Below, piece by piece: positions 30,901 to 42,500 of a DNA stretch of 64,000 nucleotides. Source of the stretch: a virus (taxonomy: Duplodnaviria > Caudoviricetes); the IMG/VR virus record IMGVR_UViG_3300033066_000802, positions 64,001 to 128,000 of that record; one strand, 5' to 3'. The notes under the pieces are model-generated. The model was not told the origin of the DNA and did not search any database. It was given only the letters and a program-made list of their open reading frames with translations. Both the position numbers and the translations under genes were made by a program. Numbering within the stretch: the first letter of the stretch is position 1; each line of letters opens with the position of its first letter.

Positions 30901-33588
30901 TTTTACTATTGACTGTAATTCTGTTGGCGCTTTTGATTTGTTATTATTTAACAAATATCTCATTAAATCAGTTATAAGGTTATATAATAATATAACATTA
31001 TTTTCGGTAACTTCAATATTTAAGAAAAAGAATAAATTAACGATCAATCTTGAATATGAATATGTTATATCGGGATCATCTCCATCATAAAAATACTTAA
31101 TAATTAATGGTTTATCAGCATTAACTGATTGTGTTTTATAGGATGATATTAACTTGTCACCGAAAATTAATTTTCGTGTATAATATTTTAAATATTTAGC
31201 CTCAACCAACTTACCTTTAATATCTGGTACAAACATAACATCTGGTCTAAATATGAAATTATCATAATATAATTGTTTGGTATTATCACCAGGAACAGCT
31301 ATTGACCCAACAGTACTATAATTGTTTATTGGTAATTTCTGAGAAGCAAAATCTTTAAATACTTTACCATGTCTATTATATTGCGCTTGAGTTAGAATAG
31401 CATTAATTTTGGCACTAATACCGTATTGATCACAGAAATAATAATTATAACTTGAATAACCGAGTAATAAATACATGGAATCCTCAACCGTTATAGGTGA
31501 ATCAAGAGTTATTGGTGTTATGTCTGGATCACTTATAGTACCAATACCTTTCATTAAGGTTTCAAATGTGTGATTATCATTATGTGTAATACCATAACAT
31601 TGTGCTGAAGTTGCAAATTCCAGAAAAACATTCTCAAATGCGTTAAATTTTTCAATATCAATGATACTATACAAATCATATAACCTTAATCTATTTTGGT
31701 CTTCCCATATTGTTAAATCGGTATAACCAGAACTCTTTCTGTAAGGTTCTGTGAAATAATTATTCTTATCAAAATTTGTTGATAGTGTTGAAATTAAAGA
31801 ATCGTTTGTTTTTTCGTTATGATTATTTTTATTAATATTATCTAATGTTGCAAACTGTAATCCACCATGCGCCGTATCATACCAAAATAACCTTGTAGCA
31901 TTCTCAATAACAGATCTGTTATCAAATGAAAGTTTATACTTATCATCACTATATAAATAAACCCTATCAGTTATATGTGTTGTTAAACCTTCAGGTTTGT
32001 TCAGAATCCCACGAGTATTTGATCTACCTCTAAAATCTATTTCTTTCGGAGTATAATTTAAAGGTAAATATTCGTTAATTTGTTTATTTCTCCTTAACGG
32101 TGTTACACTTGAAGCAAATTCCTTTTTATTAAAAATATTCCTATCCAATAAAACAGAATCTTTCGGTATTATATTGTTTGGGTAAAATACACCCCCAGCT
32201 GATGGGTATAATAACACCATAAATGGATCTTGTGTACTCGAAAATTCACTTTCATTGTGATATTTTTTTTCAATATCCCAGAACTTTAAAATAAATTTAA
32301 TTAAATAATCTATCTCTGACGATTCGGTTATACCATTAAAAAAATTATGATTTAAAACATCTAAAAACAACTTATTCACCTCATCAAATATTACATTAAT
32401 TTGACTCAACACCCCAGCGCCAGGTAAACTCAAAGTACTGATATTCTCAACCCTATTAAAAAAATTAGCAAATACAAGATAGGTAAAATAACTTATCTTA
32501 AATGATTTGGTGTCATTCACCTTAACCTTAGCAGTAAAATTAAATTTACCGTTAAATTTCTGATTAATTGTAGTTATTGTTGTTTTAATACCATTTTCAC
32601 TAAATCTACCATATAGATAACCAGTTTTTAACTTACTATAAGCCAAAAACATATTATATAGATCATTTTCACTAAGACCATCAAAGACATTAGAAGAAAC
32701 GAAATTGTTTATTTCGTCCAAAGTTAATTTAGTAAACCCATACTTATTTTTAAGTATTGTATAATGACCCATGAAGTTAATACCACCACCATATGTCTTA
32801 AATGATTTTACAAATCCGTTTTTAGCACCATATATATGAAAAACCTCAGTTGTGTCATCAATTCTAACTTGATTTTTAACAGCTTGGTTATCCACCATAA
32901 AGTTATGGTAATCATTCATATATTTCGAATAAGTACCGTAACCGAATTTCGGTATAAAATTACCAACATTAACTGAGGACTCCCTATATATCTTATCGGT
33001 AATTATAGGTACCGATTGTAATAATATATTACCAGTTTTAGTACTTTCAGCCCCATATATTGGTGCCAAAGTACCGTTAATTTTTAAATCAAATGATTCA
33101 CTACCATCTAATTCATTAGGATAGTTGTACCAATCACCAATTAATCTGTTGTTTTCTGAATTTTTATGAAAATGATGTAACCCACCCAAATATAAAATAA
33201 GTGAATATGGTAAATCTGATATACCAACACCCGACTTAAATAAAACCGCTAACCTATCCTTATCAATTGTGGAAGTATTAATATCCTTAACATATAGGGA
33301 TGAAAGTAAATAAAACGCCGATTCTTTAAAATTACCAAGATCACCTGTAGTTGTACTATTAATACCAACAGATAAACCCTTAGAAAAATTAATATTATTT
33401 ATCGGGGTTACAATACTCGTTTTTTTAACTTCCGAATTTTTTTCTGGTTTACCATCTTGTTGTATAAACGAATATAATGATTTCTGATATGTATCAAAAG
33501 CCGAATAATCCACTTTATCAAGTGAATTAAATATGTCATTATTTTTCACATATTCATTTAATATGTTACTAAGGTTTTTATCAGCCAT
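27940..33588 (-). CDS. Baseplate hub-like protein (C-terminal part of a gp27/VgrG-type fold) with C-terminal lytic transglycosylase/lysozyme-like domain
   Basis: YTCQVQSMGNAMIQP...GSYWITNVEHNVTPNNMVTTFKG hub-type motif; last ~170 aa VIYAESG...ATGYIQF...QLEYVEKY...YSAVFYP is SLT-like. Confidence 0.7.
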   Translation of the reverse strand: MADKNLSNILNEYVKNNDIFNSLDKVDYSAFDTYQKSLYSFIQQDGKPEKNSEVKKTSIVTPINNINFSKGLSVGINSTTTGDLGNFKESAFYLLSSLYVKDINTSTIDKDRLAVLFKSGVGISDLPYSLILYLGGLHHFHKNSENNRLIGDWYNYPNELDGSESFDLKINGTLAPIYGAESTKTGNILLQSVPIITDKIYRESSVNVGNFIPKFGYGTYSKYMNDYHNFMVDNQAVKNQVRIDDTTEVFHIYGAKNGFVKSFKTYGGGINFMGHYTILKNKYGFTKLTLDEINNFVSSNVFDGLSENDLYNMFLAYSKLKTGYLYGRFSENGIKTTITTINQKFNGKFNFTAKVKVNDTKSFKISYFTYLVFANFFNRVENISTLSLPGAGVLSQINVIFDEVNKLFLDVLNHNFFNGITESSEIDYLIKFILKFWDIEKKYHNESEFSSTQDPFMVLLYPSAGGVFYPNNIIPKDSVLLDRNIFNKKEFASSVTPLRRNKQINEYLPLNYTPKEIDFRGRSNTRGILNKPEGLTTHITDRVYLYSDDKYKLSFDNRSVIENATRLFWYDTAHGGLQFATLDNINKNNHNEKTNDSLISTLSTNFDKNNYFTEPYRKSSGYTDLTIWEDQNRLRLYDLYSIIDIEKFNAFENVFLEFATSAQCYGITHNDNHTFETLMKGIGTISDPDITPITLDSPITVEDSMYLLLGYSSYNYYFCDQYGISAKINAILTQAQYNRHGKVFKDFASQKLPINNYSTVGSIAVPGDNTKQLYYDNFIFRPDVMFVPDIKGKLVEAKYLKYYTRKLIFGDKLISSYKTQSVNADKPLIIKYFYDGDDPDITYSYSRLIVNLFFFLNIEVTENNVILLYNLITDLMRYLLNNNKSKAPTELQSIVKAIDFEIQNNDQLGAVIKYLFNLNVLSNKELDKQISEYLVKFVGDFYDQNIMGVNNHLDAIKVRLEGLTKLDPKDPNSLISKLHIKDSVDELKGKTYYNIKNLYDKYISYQPKTIHTYPQDYIDVNVNSELDVNNGSLFYNFLFKDGDINDPQNVGDSVTSIFDSKMPKHLIEYVNIVDRGNRDIGGDILIDVLSLGDSLELKFNSIDNHNNNVVNSEITNKSVYSLFSDIATKNDFLLHPMNSYVDYLSPFSDVNNNIDKYADNLFGVHSNTERVDSNPSFILQWINHTSSFEKKLNGSSNLSLMNSFPLDIDTTRQPFGLTEVHTIPSDVKNGNVTSFVVDFGNKNQSMFSNVKLDTSQFANTEESINAFINLVNKDAKGIQTVASGNLYSLMETRSYTCQVQSMGNAMIQPLTYFYLKDVPLFDGSYWITNVEHNVTPNNMVTTFKGTRQPIANKTTNKSDIIRQIADTIAKITTTKASDTDNDYTVGTIKQNRRNTVSNPYGTFYQMSQKSYTMGEFQGNQILYSFLSKYFPANTEIYKMVLMVLYNRAKRFAYLEYGNKPVKPNIIITYMVDMALNLRANSLSFENELYFDTNKEHSLSELYNEYPVNPEKPIWKTLTALTEAKSIDDVINVLKPTSLVTQKLIITDINGKYNTGGDGVFNTKTNTAPKINFTDTQTSDFSNFWRAYDIIYMKYIATDPKAEDNIYNVNVNNYNNIKEYQYLNTFAVPGLNVNSKNINNIYLGCFDKILGISFFGYVNDSSVTPDDYGIDIQSNESLLGGYTPTELITTKTPIKQRVLDRYNIVKETNIGFGDKMKQISTNLGVDELDLVRVIYAESGIRSKAQYGDGGKDIPYTTNRASTATGYIQFLESTAIKLGTTTKDLYEMTPIKQLEYVEKYLKSTLKNNERKTIYDIYSAVFYPVLIGKPDDYILGSLTAPINDSKSAFKIAENNEVIAKNSKRLINGRKVIDVTAFKNYVNTLA

Positions 33589-33590
33589 TA

Positions 33591-36212
33591 TTAAAAATTA
33601 TATATATCTTTGTAGTTAAAATTGTTCTGTTCGCTATTAGTTGTACTATTAAATCCTATAAGTTTATTTAATAAATCTGGATCATCAATAGTATATGTAA
33701 GAGTTGGTAATAATCTCTCGTAATTCTTCAGTAATCTATCTACTTTATAATTATTAACATTAAAGTTTTTATTTTGATTACGTATAATTTTATTATTTGC
33801 TGTACCAAAAATATAACCAGATTTATCAATTTCACTATTATTTACATATTTAACAGTATCTAATGCATTAAAATTATTTTGAATATCTGAAGGTACGAAA
33901 TAATTCTTTTGTTTGTCAAATGTTCTTAGGTTAAATATTGGTGATACCGTATTGTCATTATATGTTAACTGTGAATTTTCAGGATTTAATAACCCTAATA
34001 GCTTACTATTTAAAGCATATTTACTAAAGAATTTTTTTCTATTATTTATAGCACCTTTAAGTGCGGTTTCCGTATAATTATTTTGCAATATTACCGCTGA
34101 CTCACCATCAATAACTTTTAATAACCCAGATACATCAACCGTAGTACCATTTTCAATATCTTTTTTAATATCATTATAATGATCAGACAAGGAACCTTTA
34201 ATTAAATTCTTTAATTCGATTGCTGTTTTATATTTTAATTCATCCGTTAATTTTGAAAATATTGTTGTATTAAATATGTCAAATTCAAAATTACCGTTAG
34301 CTTTCATTATTTCATTAAAATCATGACCAGCAAACCATTTGAATATATTTCCAGAATATATGTAATTCAATTGAAATGTTCGTATCATATTACCCATAAA
34401 GTCAAGGTGATCTTGAGTATCTTTATTATAATATTCTATATTATTACCAACATAAAAATTGGTTGATAGCGCCGCTGGAATATCACCATGCTTCGGTTTA
34501 TCTTCAGGTGGCGTTAGTCTTGTTTTTAAATAACTTACAGCATTATAAATCTCATCAACAAACCTAACCTCAGCCCAAGAGTCATTTTGTTTAAAACCAC
34601 CAGGGTATGATTTTTGAAATAGGTTATTATCTGATGTAGTATCTGGTTCTTTGTAAAAGAAGTTCGGGTATGGGGAATATTTCTCAACACCGTTACTTTT
34701 TATGTATTCACCATCCTTACGCTGGTTACTTAATCTATAATTTACATCATTATTTATCTCATATAACGCCTTTTTACCTGAAATATTTAATAATATTAAA
34801 AATGTTTGTATATTATTAAATAATATTCTAAACACATTATACGTGTTAGGTTGAAAACCCAATTTATTACCTAAAATCGTTAATTCCGTATCAACAACAT
34901 TAGCATTTAATTCACTTTTTTCCTTATTAATTTGATCTATCAATTTTTGAAATGTATCAGCAAAACTTTGTATGTTTTTATAAAAAAAATCAATTGTTTT
35001 AGTTGATCCAAGGAAAGATTGAACGTTACTTTTATTAGGTAACACATTTTTTATGTTTGATTGAACTCGTGCATCTGATATACCACTAATCGCCTGGTCA
35101 ATCTCATATAAACTATTATATAGTGTTGTATAATCCTTAGCCCCACTATTACTATTATTCTGTATAATAATATCGTAATTAATATTTAATAATATTTTTG
35201 TGGCATCAAGACTTAATATGGTTTCATTATTTTTTACAACAGAATCATCACTTAATAACGTATCCGCATTTAATTTATTTTTAATTAGGTGTAAATCTAA
35301 TATTGTTGGGTTATCATTTATTATATATTTACTACGTTGTGTTAAATCGGTAAATTTTTTTGTGAAATAATCATTCTGAGCAGCATATAGTTTTTTAAGT
35401 ATTTCCATACCAAGGTATGAACCATCTTTCTTCTGAAACATATATGGTGCTACATAAGCATAAATTAATAAAAAAGAATTATATATTGAGAATGTTCTTG
35501 ACACAAACTCAGCTGATATCTTATAATTACCCGTTTCAGGGTCAAATCGTGTATTCGATTTAAGTAAAATTAATGGATAATCAACTGTCTTACCATAAAA
35601 CCCTTTTAAACTTAAAATGAATGTTGGGTATGGGAAGGTATAAAATAGATTATATGGATTATTGGGGTCGTGACCTCTTTCAAAAAGTGTTTTACCCCTA
35701 ACATCCGTAAATTCAATTTTTATCATTGAATTCATTGATGGGTTCTGAGATATATTAATTGAATCGATACCAAAGGTTTCTGGGTCAACCATAGAATCTC
35801 CGCTATTATAATTTGTTGTACCGTCATCAATAAATTGGAATGATTTAGCTGTAAAATAATCAGTATAATCTGTTGTTAATTTACCTTTATTAGTATTTAC
35901 ACCCTCAACAATTGATTTAATTGGGTTCATCATATTAACCCTAATACCACCAACATTTATAACATTATCGTTTTTATCCGATGAATCCTTAAAAATAGCA
36001 GTTGATGGTTGTTTATAAACCTTAAGATTGGCATACATAACCATATCTTCTTGATTTACATACCTATCAGTAATAATATTCGTGGCGGGATCTCTTACCT
36101 TATTTGGGTTGATGACGATAACACCTTTGTTTCTATCTGAATCACCTAAACTCGTATTTTGAAATTTCGTTACTAATATATTTTCATTTACAGTTGATAA
36201 ATTATTCGCCAT
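33591..36212 (-). CDS. Baseplate hub-like protein (N-terminal part)
   Basis: FGIDSINI...IKIEFTDVRG...PYPTFILSLKGFYG...GNYKISAEF; lies between the LysM gene and the hub/lysozyme gene. Confidence 0.6.
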   Translation of the reverse strand: MANNLSTVNENILVTKFQNTSLGDSDRNKGVIVINPNKVRDPATNIITDRYVNQEDMVMYANLKVYKQPSTAIFKDSSDKNDNVINVGGIRVNMMNPIKSIVEGVNTNKGKLTTDYTDYFTAKSFQFIDDGTTNYNSGDSMVDPETFGIDSINISQNPSMNSMIKIEFTDVRGKTLFERGHDPNNPYNLFYTFPYPTFILSLKGFYGKTVDYPLILLKSNTRFDPETGNYKISAEFVSRTFSIYNSFLLIYAYVAPYMFQKKDGSYLGMEILKKLYAAQNDYFTKKFTDLTQRSKYIINDNPTILDLHLIKNKLNADTLLSDDSVVKNNETILSLDATKILLNINYDIIIQNNSNSGAKDYTTLYNSLYEIDQAISGISDARVQSNIKNVLPNKSNVQSFLGSTKTIDFFYKNIQSFADTFQKLIDQINKEKSELNANVVDTELTILGNKLGFQPNTYNVFRILFNNIQTFLILLNISGKKALYEINNDVNYRLSNQRKDGEYIKSNGVEKYSPYPNFFYKEPDTTSDNNLFQKSYPGGFKQNDSWAEVRFVDEIYNAVSYLKTRLTPPEDKPKHGDIPAALSTNFYVGNNIEYYNKDTQDHLDFMGNMIRTFQLNYIYSGNIFKWFAGHDFNEIMKANGNFEFDIFNTTIFSKLTDELKYKTAIELKNLIKGSLSDHYNDIKKDIENGTTVDVSGLLKVIDGESAVILQNNYTETALKGAINNRKKFFSKYALNSKLLGLLNPENSQLTYNDNTVSPIFNLRTFDKQKNYFVPSDIQNNFNALDTVKYVNNSEIDKSGYIFGTANNKIIRNQNKNFNVNNYKVDRLLKNYERLLPTLTYTIDDPDLLNKLIGFNSTTNSEQNNFNYKDIYNF

Positions 36213-36522
36213 AATAACTTAATATTTTTTTTACCGCCGATTTATAATCAGACATACTTAAATTAAGTGGGAATGGAACCCTCAATGATGCGTTATCTGG
36301 TATATTCCACTCTAAACCACCATATTCAGGATTTGCAGCAAGTATAAGAAACCCAAAATAAGGTGTACCATATTTATCCTGACTTATCTTATCCAACCTT
36401 GACCTATTACGTTTATATACAACAAATTTATCGGTTAATTTCTCAGGTATCTTCACGAAAGGTACCGTAACCGCATTATTGTTTATTGTAAACTGCGCAT
36501 ATCTGTTATAATAATCACTCAT
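36202..36522 (-). CDS. LysM-type baseplate wedge protein (T4 gp53 / P2 gpX-like)
   Basis: RLDKISQDKYGTPYFGFLILAANP...IPDNASLRVP. Confidence 0.85.
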   Translation of the reverse strand: MSDYYNRYAQFTINNNAVTVPFVKIPEKLTDKFVVYKRNRSRLDKISQDKYGTPYFGFLILAANPEYGGLEWNIPDNASLRVPFPLNLSMSDYKSAVKKILSYYGE

Positions 36523-36572
36523 ATATTCAATTTAATATAAATACAACTTAGTGGAAAATAAATACTTTATCA

Positions 36573-39500
36573 TTAATTAACAACCCTATATTTATTATAT
36601 ATTAAAATATTATTATTTGTTTGCTCTATATTTTTAGCAACTCTCATTTTTAATGTGTATTCACTATCACCACCTTTCAATAAGGATGCTGATGATAATT
36701 TAACCGTTCCAGCCACTGGTACATTCTGATTAGCTACTGTGTTAAACGATGTGTTAAGATAATCTGTTAATGGTGAATAAACATTAGTCTTATGTATTTT
36801 AATTAAATCATCGTACAATGTATTAATTTTTGTTACATATTTATTTATTTGTTCAAAAAAGTTAGTTAATGTTGTTTGTATAACTGAAGTTTTTCTACTA
36901 ATTTCCCTACTATTACCAGTTATAGTCTTACTCATCTGATCCATAATAGCTTTAATATGTACATCTTTGTTAGCGTATAATTTTTCAAAAAATTCTAACA
37001 TTACAGCTTCAGATAATGAACTCATAGCAACCTTGGTACCTTTTAACGTATTTAATTTAGCTTGTACACTCGTATCAGGTGATGGTGTTGAGCAATTATA
37101 AGTTGTCCATATATTATCAATAAATTTGTCAGTAAATGAAACACTATAATCCACACCATCCATTAAAAATAATGTGGCATCGCTATAATTTGTATCAGTT
37201 GTTGTACCAGTAACAGTAAAATAATTAAACTCATAAACACCGCTCGAATTTTTAGGGAACATTATTTTATATAATAGTTCTTGTTCATCGCTTGTATATG
37301 TGGATAATTTAGATTTAACTTTTGTCTTAAAATTAAGATCATCCCTTTCTACCCAACTAATAGTATAGTTATCAATATTATCGTTAGCTACCACACCAAG
37401 AGATTTATTTGTAAATTCAAGAAACTCATGTGATACTTTCTCATATACATAAGTCATCTTGTATTTATTTTGCAGTGTACTACCACCTTCCTTATTTGCT
37501 AATGTTGGTATCAATAAATTAAATTGTGTTGTGCCAACAATAGTTGTTGGGTCAAATTCAATAGTTGTTGCAGAACCATGTGATTTTAATTGGAAATTAT
37601 TTACATCACCCGTTAATGTTGTACCATTCAATAAAGATGTATTATTAGGTAAAACACAATAACTATCATTCGTTAAATATGAGGTATTATTCAATATAAC
37701 ACTTGAACCAGCTATATTATTAGTTGATCCCACTTGTCTAAAATAATACGGACTATTACCTAAAGCTAATTTATCATCAAGAGTTCCACCTGTGAAAATG
37801 TCATGTATTACTTTTAATTTTACAATATCATTATAATTTTTGGTATTTGTATCATATATTTTTAAATATGAATCGAATGGATCATAACCAAATAATTTTT
37901 CACTATCAATTGTTAATTTAGTTTCGTTTGGTATTACTGTATATTGTTGGCTTATCCTATCATTATCAACAACACCATCGTAACCCGATAAAGCATACGT
38001 TAATCCCGCTAAATTTGTGTTTAATTCTTTTAAATTATTAACTTGATCATATACCATACTTGTTATGGTTTCAGTATACGATTGTGAACTATAAGTTTTT
38101 AATTGATTTAATAAATAACTCCTTAATATATCCTTCTGAGTTTCATCATATCCACTCATATAAGCATCCAATACTTTAGTATCATTATACCAGAAAACTA
38201 ATAAATCAGAATCAATTTTTTTATTCAAATCATATATGAAATGATTATATAAACCAGTTAAATAACCACCATCAACTGGTTTTTTAGTATATAAACCAGC
38301 AACATCAGAACCAATGAAAACACCATCGGTTAAATAACCAGGATTATATGTCATACCAGTTAACATTGATGTGCTATTTGGCGATACCGAAAATAATGGT
38401 TTTTTATAATATAAACTTTGTGGATACAAATGTAATTGACTACCAACCATAGCTGTATCACCTGGTGCAAATTTTAAACCATTTGTATAGTTTTTGTTTA
38501 CAGCCTTAGCCCTATAATAATCATAGATTCTTGACGTTACAGCATTATCAACACCCAGATTATTCTTAATATTACGCATGAATACCAAATCATCGGTAAT
38601 CGTCAAACCTGTGTAATTAGCACATAACAATGTGTTAAGTAAGAACTTAGGTTTACTTGTGTGTGCTAACGTATCAATATAGTCACTAATATTCTTAAGG
38701 TAACTATCGTAAACCTTAGTAAATAAACCCTTGTAATTTACATCAAATGTTTGTAAATACCCCTTACTTGAATACTCACTAATAAACGCCTCTTGACCGA
38801 AGTTCTTATTATCAATTAATTTCCATGCCTTTGTATCAGTAAGTGATTTACCAGCGACATTTGCTGTTGCATTATTATTAACTTTATCATCATATAATCT
38901 CTGATAGTAATTTATACCATATAAACCAATGATATCACCATCGTATGAATAAGCAAATGGTTGATAAACTGTACCTGAATCATAGAATACACCAAGTTCA
39001 GTAGCTAAACTATAGTTACTATCACCCAGGAACGATTCTGTATACGTTTTAGTTATAACATCACCAACCAAACCAACTGGTTCAGTAGATGTTTTATCAT
39101 TTATCTTATATTCCCTCGCTTTACGAGCTATAGGTATTAAATCTAATGTATCGTTATTAGATGGATCTGGATCACGCTCTTCATTAATTGATTGTCTTTC
39201 AACACCACTCAAATTAGCAGATGTTCTTTCATCGTAAATATCAGCATTAGCGTAATAATTAAAAGATAAAGCATTCTGTAACTCATTTACATGTTTCTTT
39301 AAACCAGAACCACCTAAATATTTAAAACTTATATTAACATTCGCTATCATTGGTTGAACACCTATACCTTCTGGGTTTAAATCATAAAGCATAGGATCAT
39401 AACTTATATTGCAAGAATTTATTATAATTTTTGTATTATAAAAATCACCTATCCTTAACACACATACGGGTGGTTTACCAAACACTGTATTTGTTGCATC

Positions 39501-42500
39501 CGTTTCAGCACCATTAGTAATTGTATCACCTGGTCTTAAACACTGTTGTAAGAACGTTAATCTTGAGTTCAAACCTTCTGGTGTCATAGAGTGGAAAGCT
39601 GGTAAGAAATATTTTAACTTCTCTTTCAATGATTTATGGATGATTGGTGTATTCTCTTCCATGTACTTGAAGTAATCAGCTTCGGTAATTAACCTATTCA
39701 ACAATTTTTGAGCAATTTCTCTCTTTGTTATGTTTTGCTTTTTAGTTGTCTGATCCTCAGATGTAACCAGAGGAATTGACGTATTTGTTTTGGTTTTAGT
39801 TTTATTATCCGTAACAACATTAGTTTCAGATATTACAGTAACCTCAGCTCTTCTCGCATAAGAAGCCTGGATTGATGTAACAGCACATATAACATCCGCT
39901 TCACTATAAACCTGTGTTGCTGGTGCTAAACAACCAATACTATCAGATGTCACACCTGTAATAATACCATCAGTTGTGGCTATTGTTCCAGCCGATATTT
40001 CAGATATTAATTTCTCTTTATTTGCTTGAGTATCTGTGCAATAGAATACTTTATAATCAACAGCTGGTGATACACCTCTTATGATTGTCGTAAATGATAC
40101 ATTATTAACCTTAGAGTGTTTTATACCACCACCGTTACCAATAGCCAACATAGCCTCAGAAGGTGTTACTGTTTTAGTTTTGTTTAACTTAACGGTAATA
40201 CTATCTGGTTTATCACTATTTGACGATGGTCTATACAATGTGATCTTACTACCCGTATTTAACATAGTGTTAATACTCGATTGGTCAACGGTTTGGTTTT
40301 TATCATCAACTAAACCTGTAAATACTTCCGTTAATATCCATTTAGCGACAGATTTATACCTTCTGATAGCAACTTTTTTATTATAATCAGAAACCTGGTC
40401 ATTCAACGAACTTGTGAACGCATCAATATTTATTGTAATATTATTACCATTCTTAGTTTTTAAATCATTTAATGTCGTTGACAGTTCCTTAAAATTCTGA
40501 TATAATTTATAATAATCGGTACTATTAGAGTTATTCGGGCTGAAATATATATCAGATCCATTAACACCAATAACCTTATCATATGTTACATATTGTGCAT
40601 AACTTCTACCTTTTTTAGCCTCAGTTGTTTCATCAGAAGATAACGTACCAAGTGCTAACTTAGAAAATGTATCAAAATAAACAGAACCATATGAACCAAC
40701 GTTTGAATCATCCGACTCAAGCGGTGTGTCGTTCTCGAAGAACAACGCTCTCATGTATGGTGCCGAATTAACATTATTTGTATTGTCATTATTTGGTTTC
40801 ACTGTCGGTTCCTTAGCATCACATTGATCTAATTTATTTTTTATACGATCATTACCCTGATTTGTTTGAATACCCGCAATAACACTCTCAAAATAGGTTA
40901 TATCATCTGTGCTGAATCGAGCCCATATTCTCGCCAACTCATATATGTCAAAATTAACACAACCAGCCCAGAAAGAATTTAAAATTTCATCAACAACACT
41001 ATCTGGCATACCATCCAATTCTTTTTGAACAAGTATGTTTAAGATTGTAGGGTGATCGACAATTATTTTGAATGATAATGAACCTGAACGCTCAGTATTA
41101 TTGTACGTATAGATTGGTTCTGGTCTACCAAGGAATTGGTGTGTTGTCCAGTTTACACTCGTATCGTCAGTAAACTTCAAATCATATGGTGGGAACCACA
41201 TAATTCTACCTTTATTAGGTCCTTTTTCAAATGCTCTTAAACTATCATATTGTTTAGCATCTCTCCACGCCAAATTCTCAAGTGAGAACATGAATTTGGT
41301 TGCGTTACCATCATTAATCGCACCCTGTGGTGTTGACTTAACATTTATACCACTTTGTGGTGTTGACTTAACATTTAAACTACTTGGAAATATATTAAAA
41401 TTAGCATATTTGTCTATTACCGAACCTCTCTCAAGTCTATTTAATTCAGAAAACCTTATTAGGTTAGTAACATTCATGAATGGTCTTGTTTTAGTCCATG
41501 TTCTACAGAACTCAGCCTTATCATTTAATTCGGTTGGGTGTCTTTTACCGTTCCTTAAACCAGGTACAGCATAAACATTCTTTGTTTTGTCAGCATTCAG
41601 AGTTTTAACAACACTTAAGGTACCATTACCTCTTGGGTAAAGAGTATAACCATCATAAAATTTGGTTTTTGTTTGATCTATAACTAAATTTATACCAGTA
41701 TCATCACCAACTTTCTCTAATAAACGTTGAGTTTTAAATAATATTGAACACTCTCTAAATCTATCGATGTAATTATTACTACCAGCAGCATTTAATAAAT
41801 TACCAGCAAAATTTGGATATGATTCATCAAAATTTGGATATGATTCATCAATTTTCGTTAATGTATTAAAATCATCAATCCTACCATCACTATTTAATTT
41901 AACTGTTGCTGGATCATAAAATGTTTCAAGATAACCATCTTTATGCCAAACAAAATCAGTTGATATTGACCCATAACCAGAAACCTCATCATAACCAGGT
42001 TCAATAAAGCCACCAGGTATTTCATCGGTATAATCGGTTTTCATTATATTACCAATTTCTTCAACACCCTTAACCTGATCACCTTCAGAATCTTGTAAAG
42101 CAAAGAAAGGATATTGCTTTGAAGCATCACCAAAATAATATCTTGATTTAGGTCTTTTACCACCAGTTATACCCAAAAAACCAGTTACACCGCCAATAGC
42201 TTGTAACGTTTTATCTATAGCTTGAAATATACCACTTTCATACGTTGGATCGTAACTTGGAGCATATCTATTAAAGTATAAATTTGAAAATAATTGAAAT
42301 TTTTGACCAGCGCCTGTATTATTTAATGTTGTAATATCTCTTGCATTATCAGCGCCCTGCGAAGATTTACCAAGTATATCATCTAATAATCTACCAACCG
42401 CACTTCTATTTGTTGGTGATGTTGGTTGAACTGATGTATTAAAGCAAGATGGTGAATATGGTGATTGATTTTCAAGATTTAAATAATTAAACACATCCGT

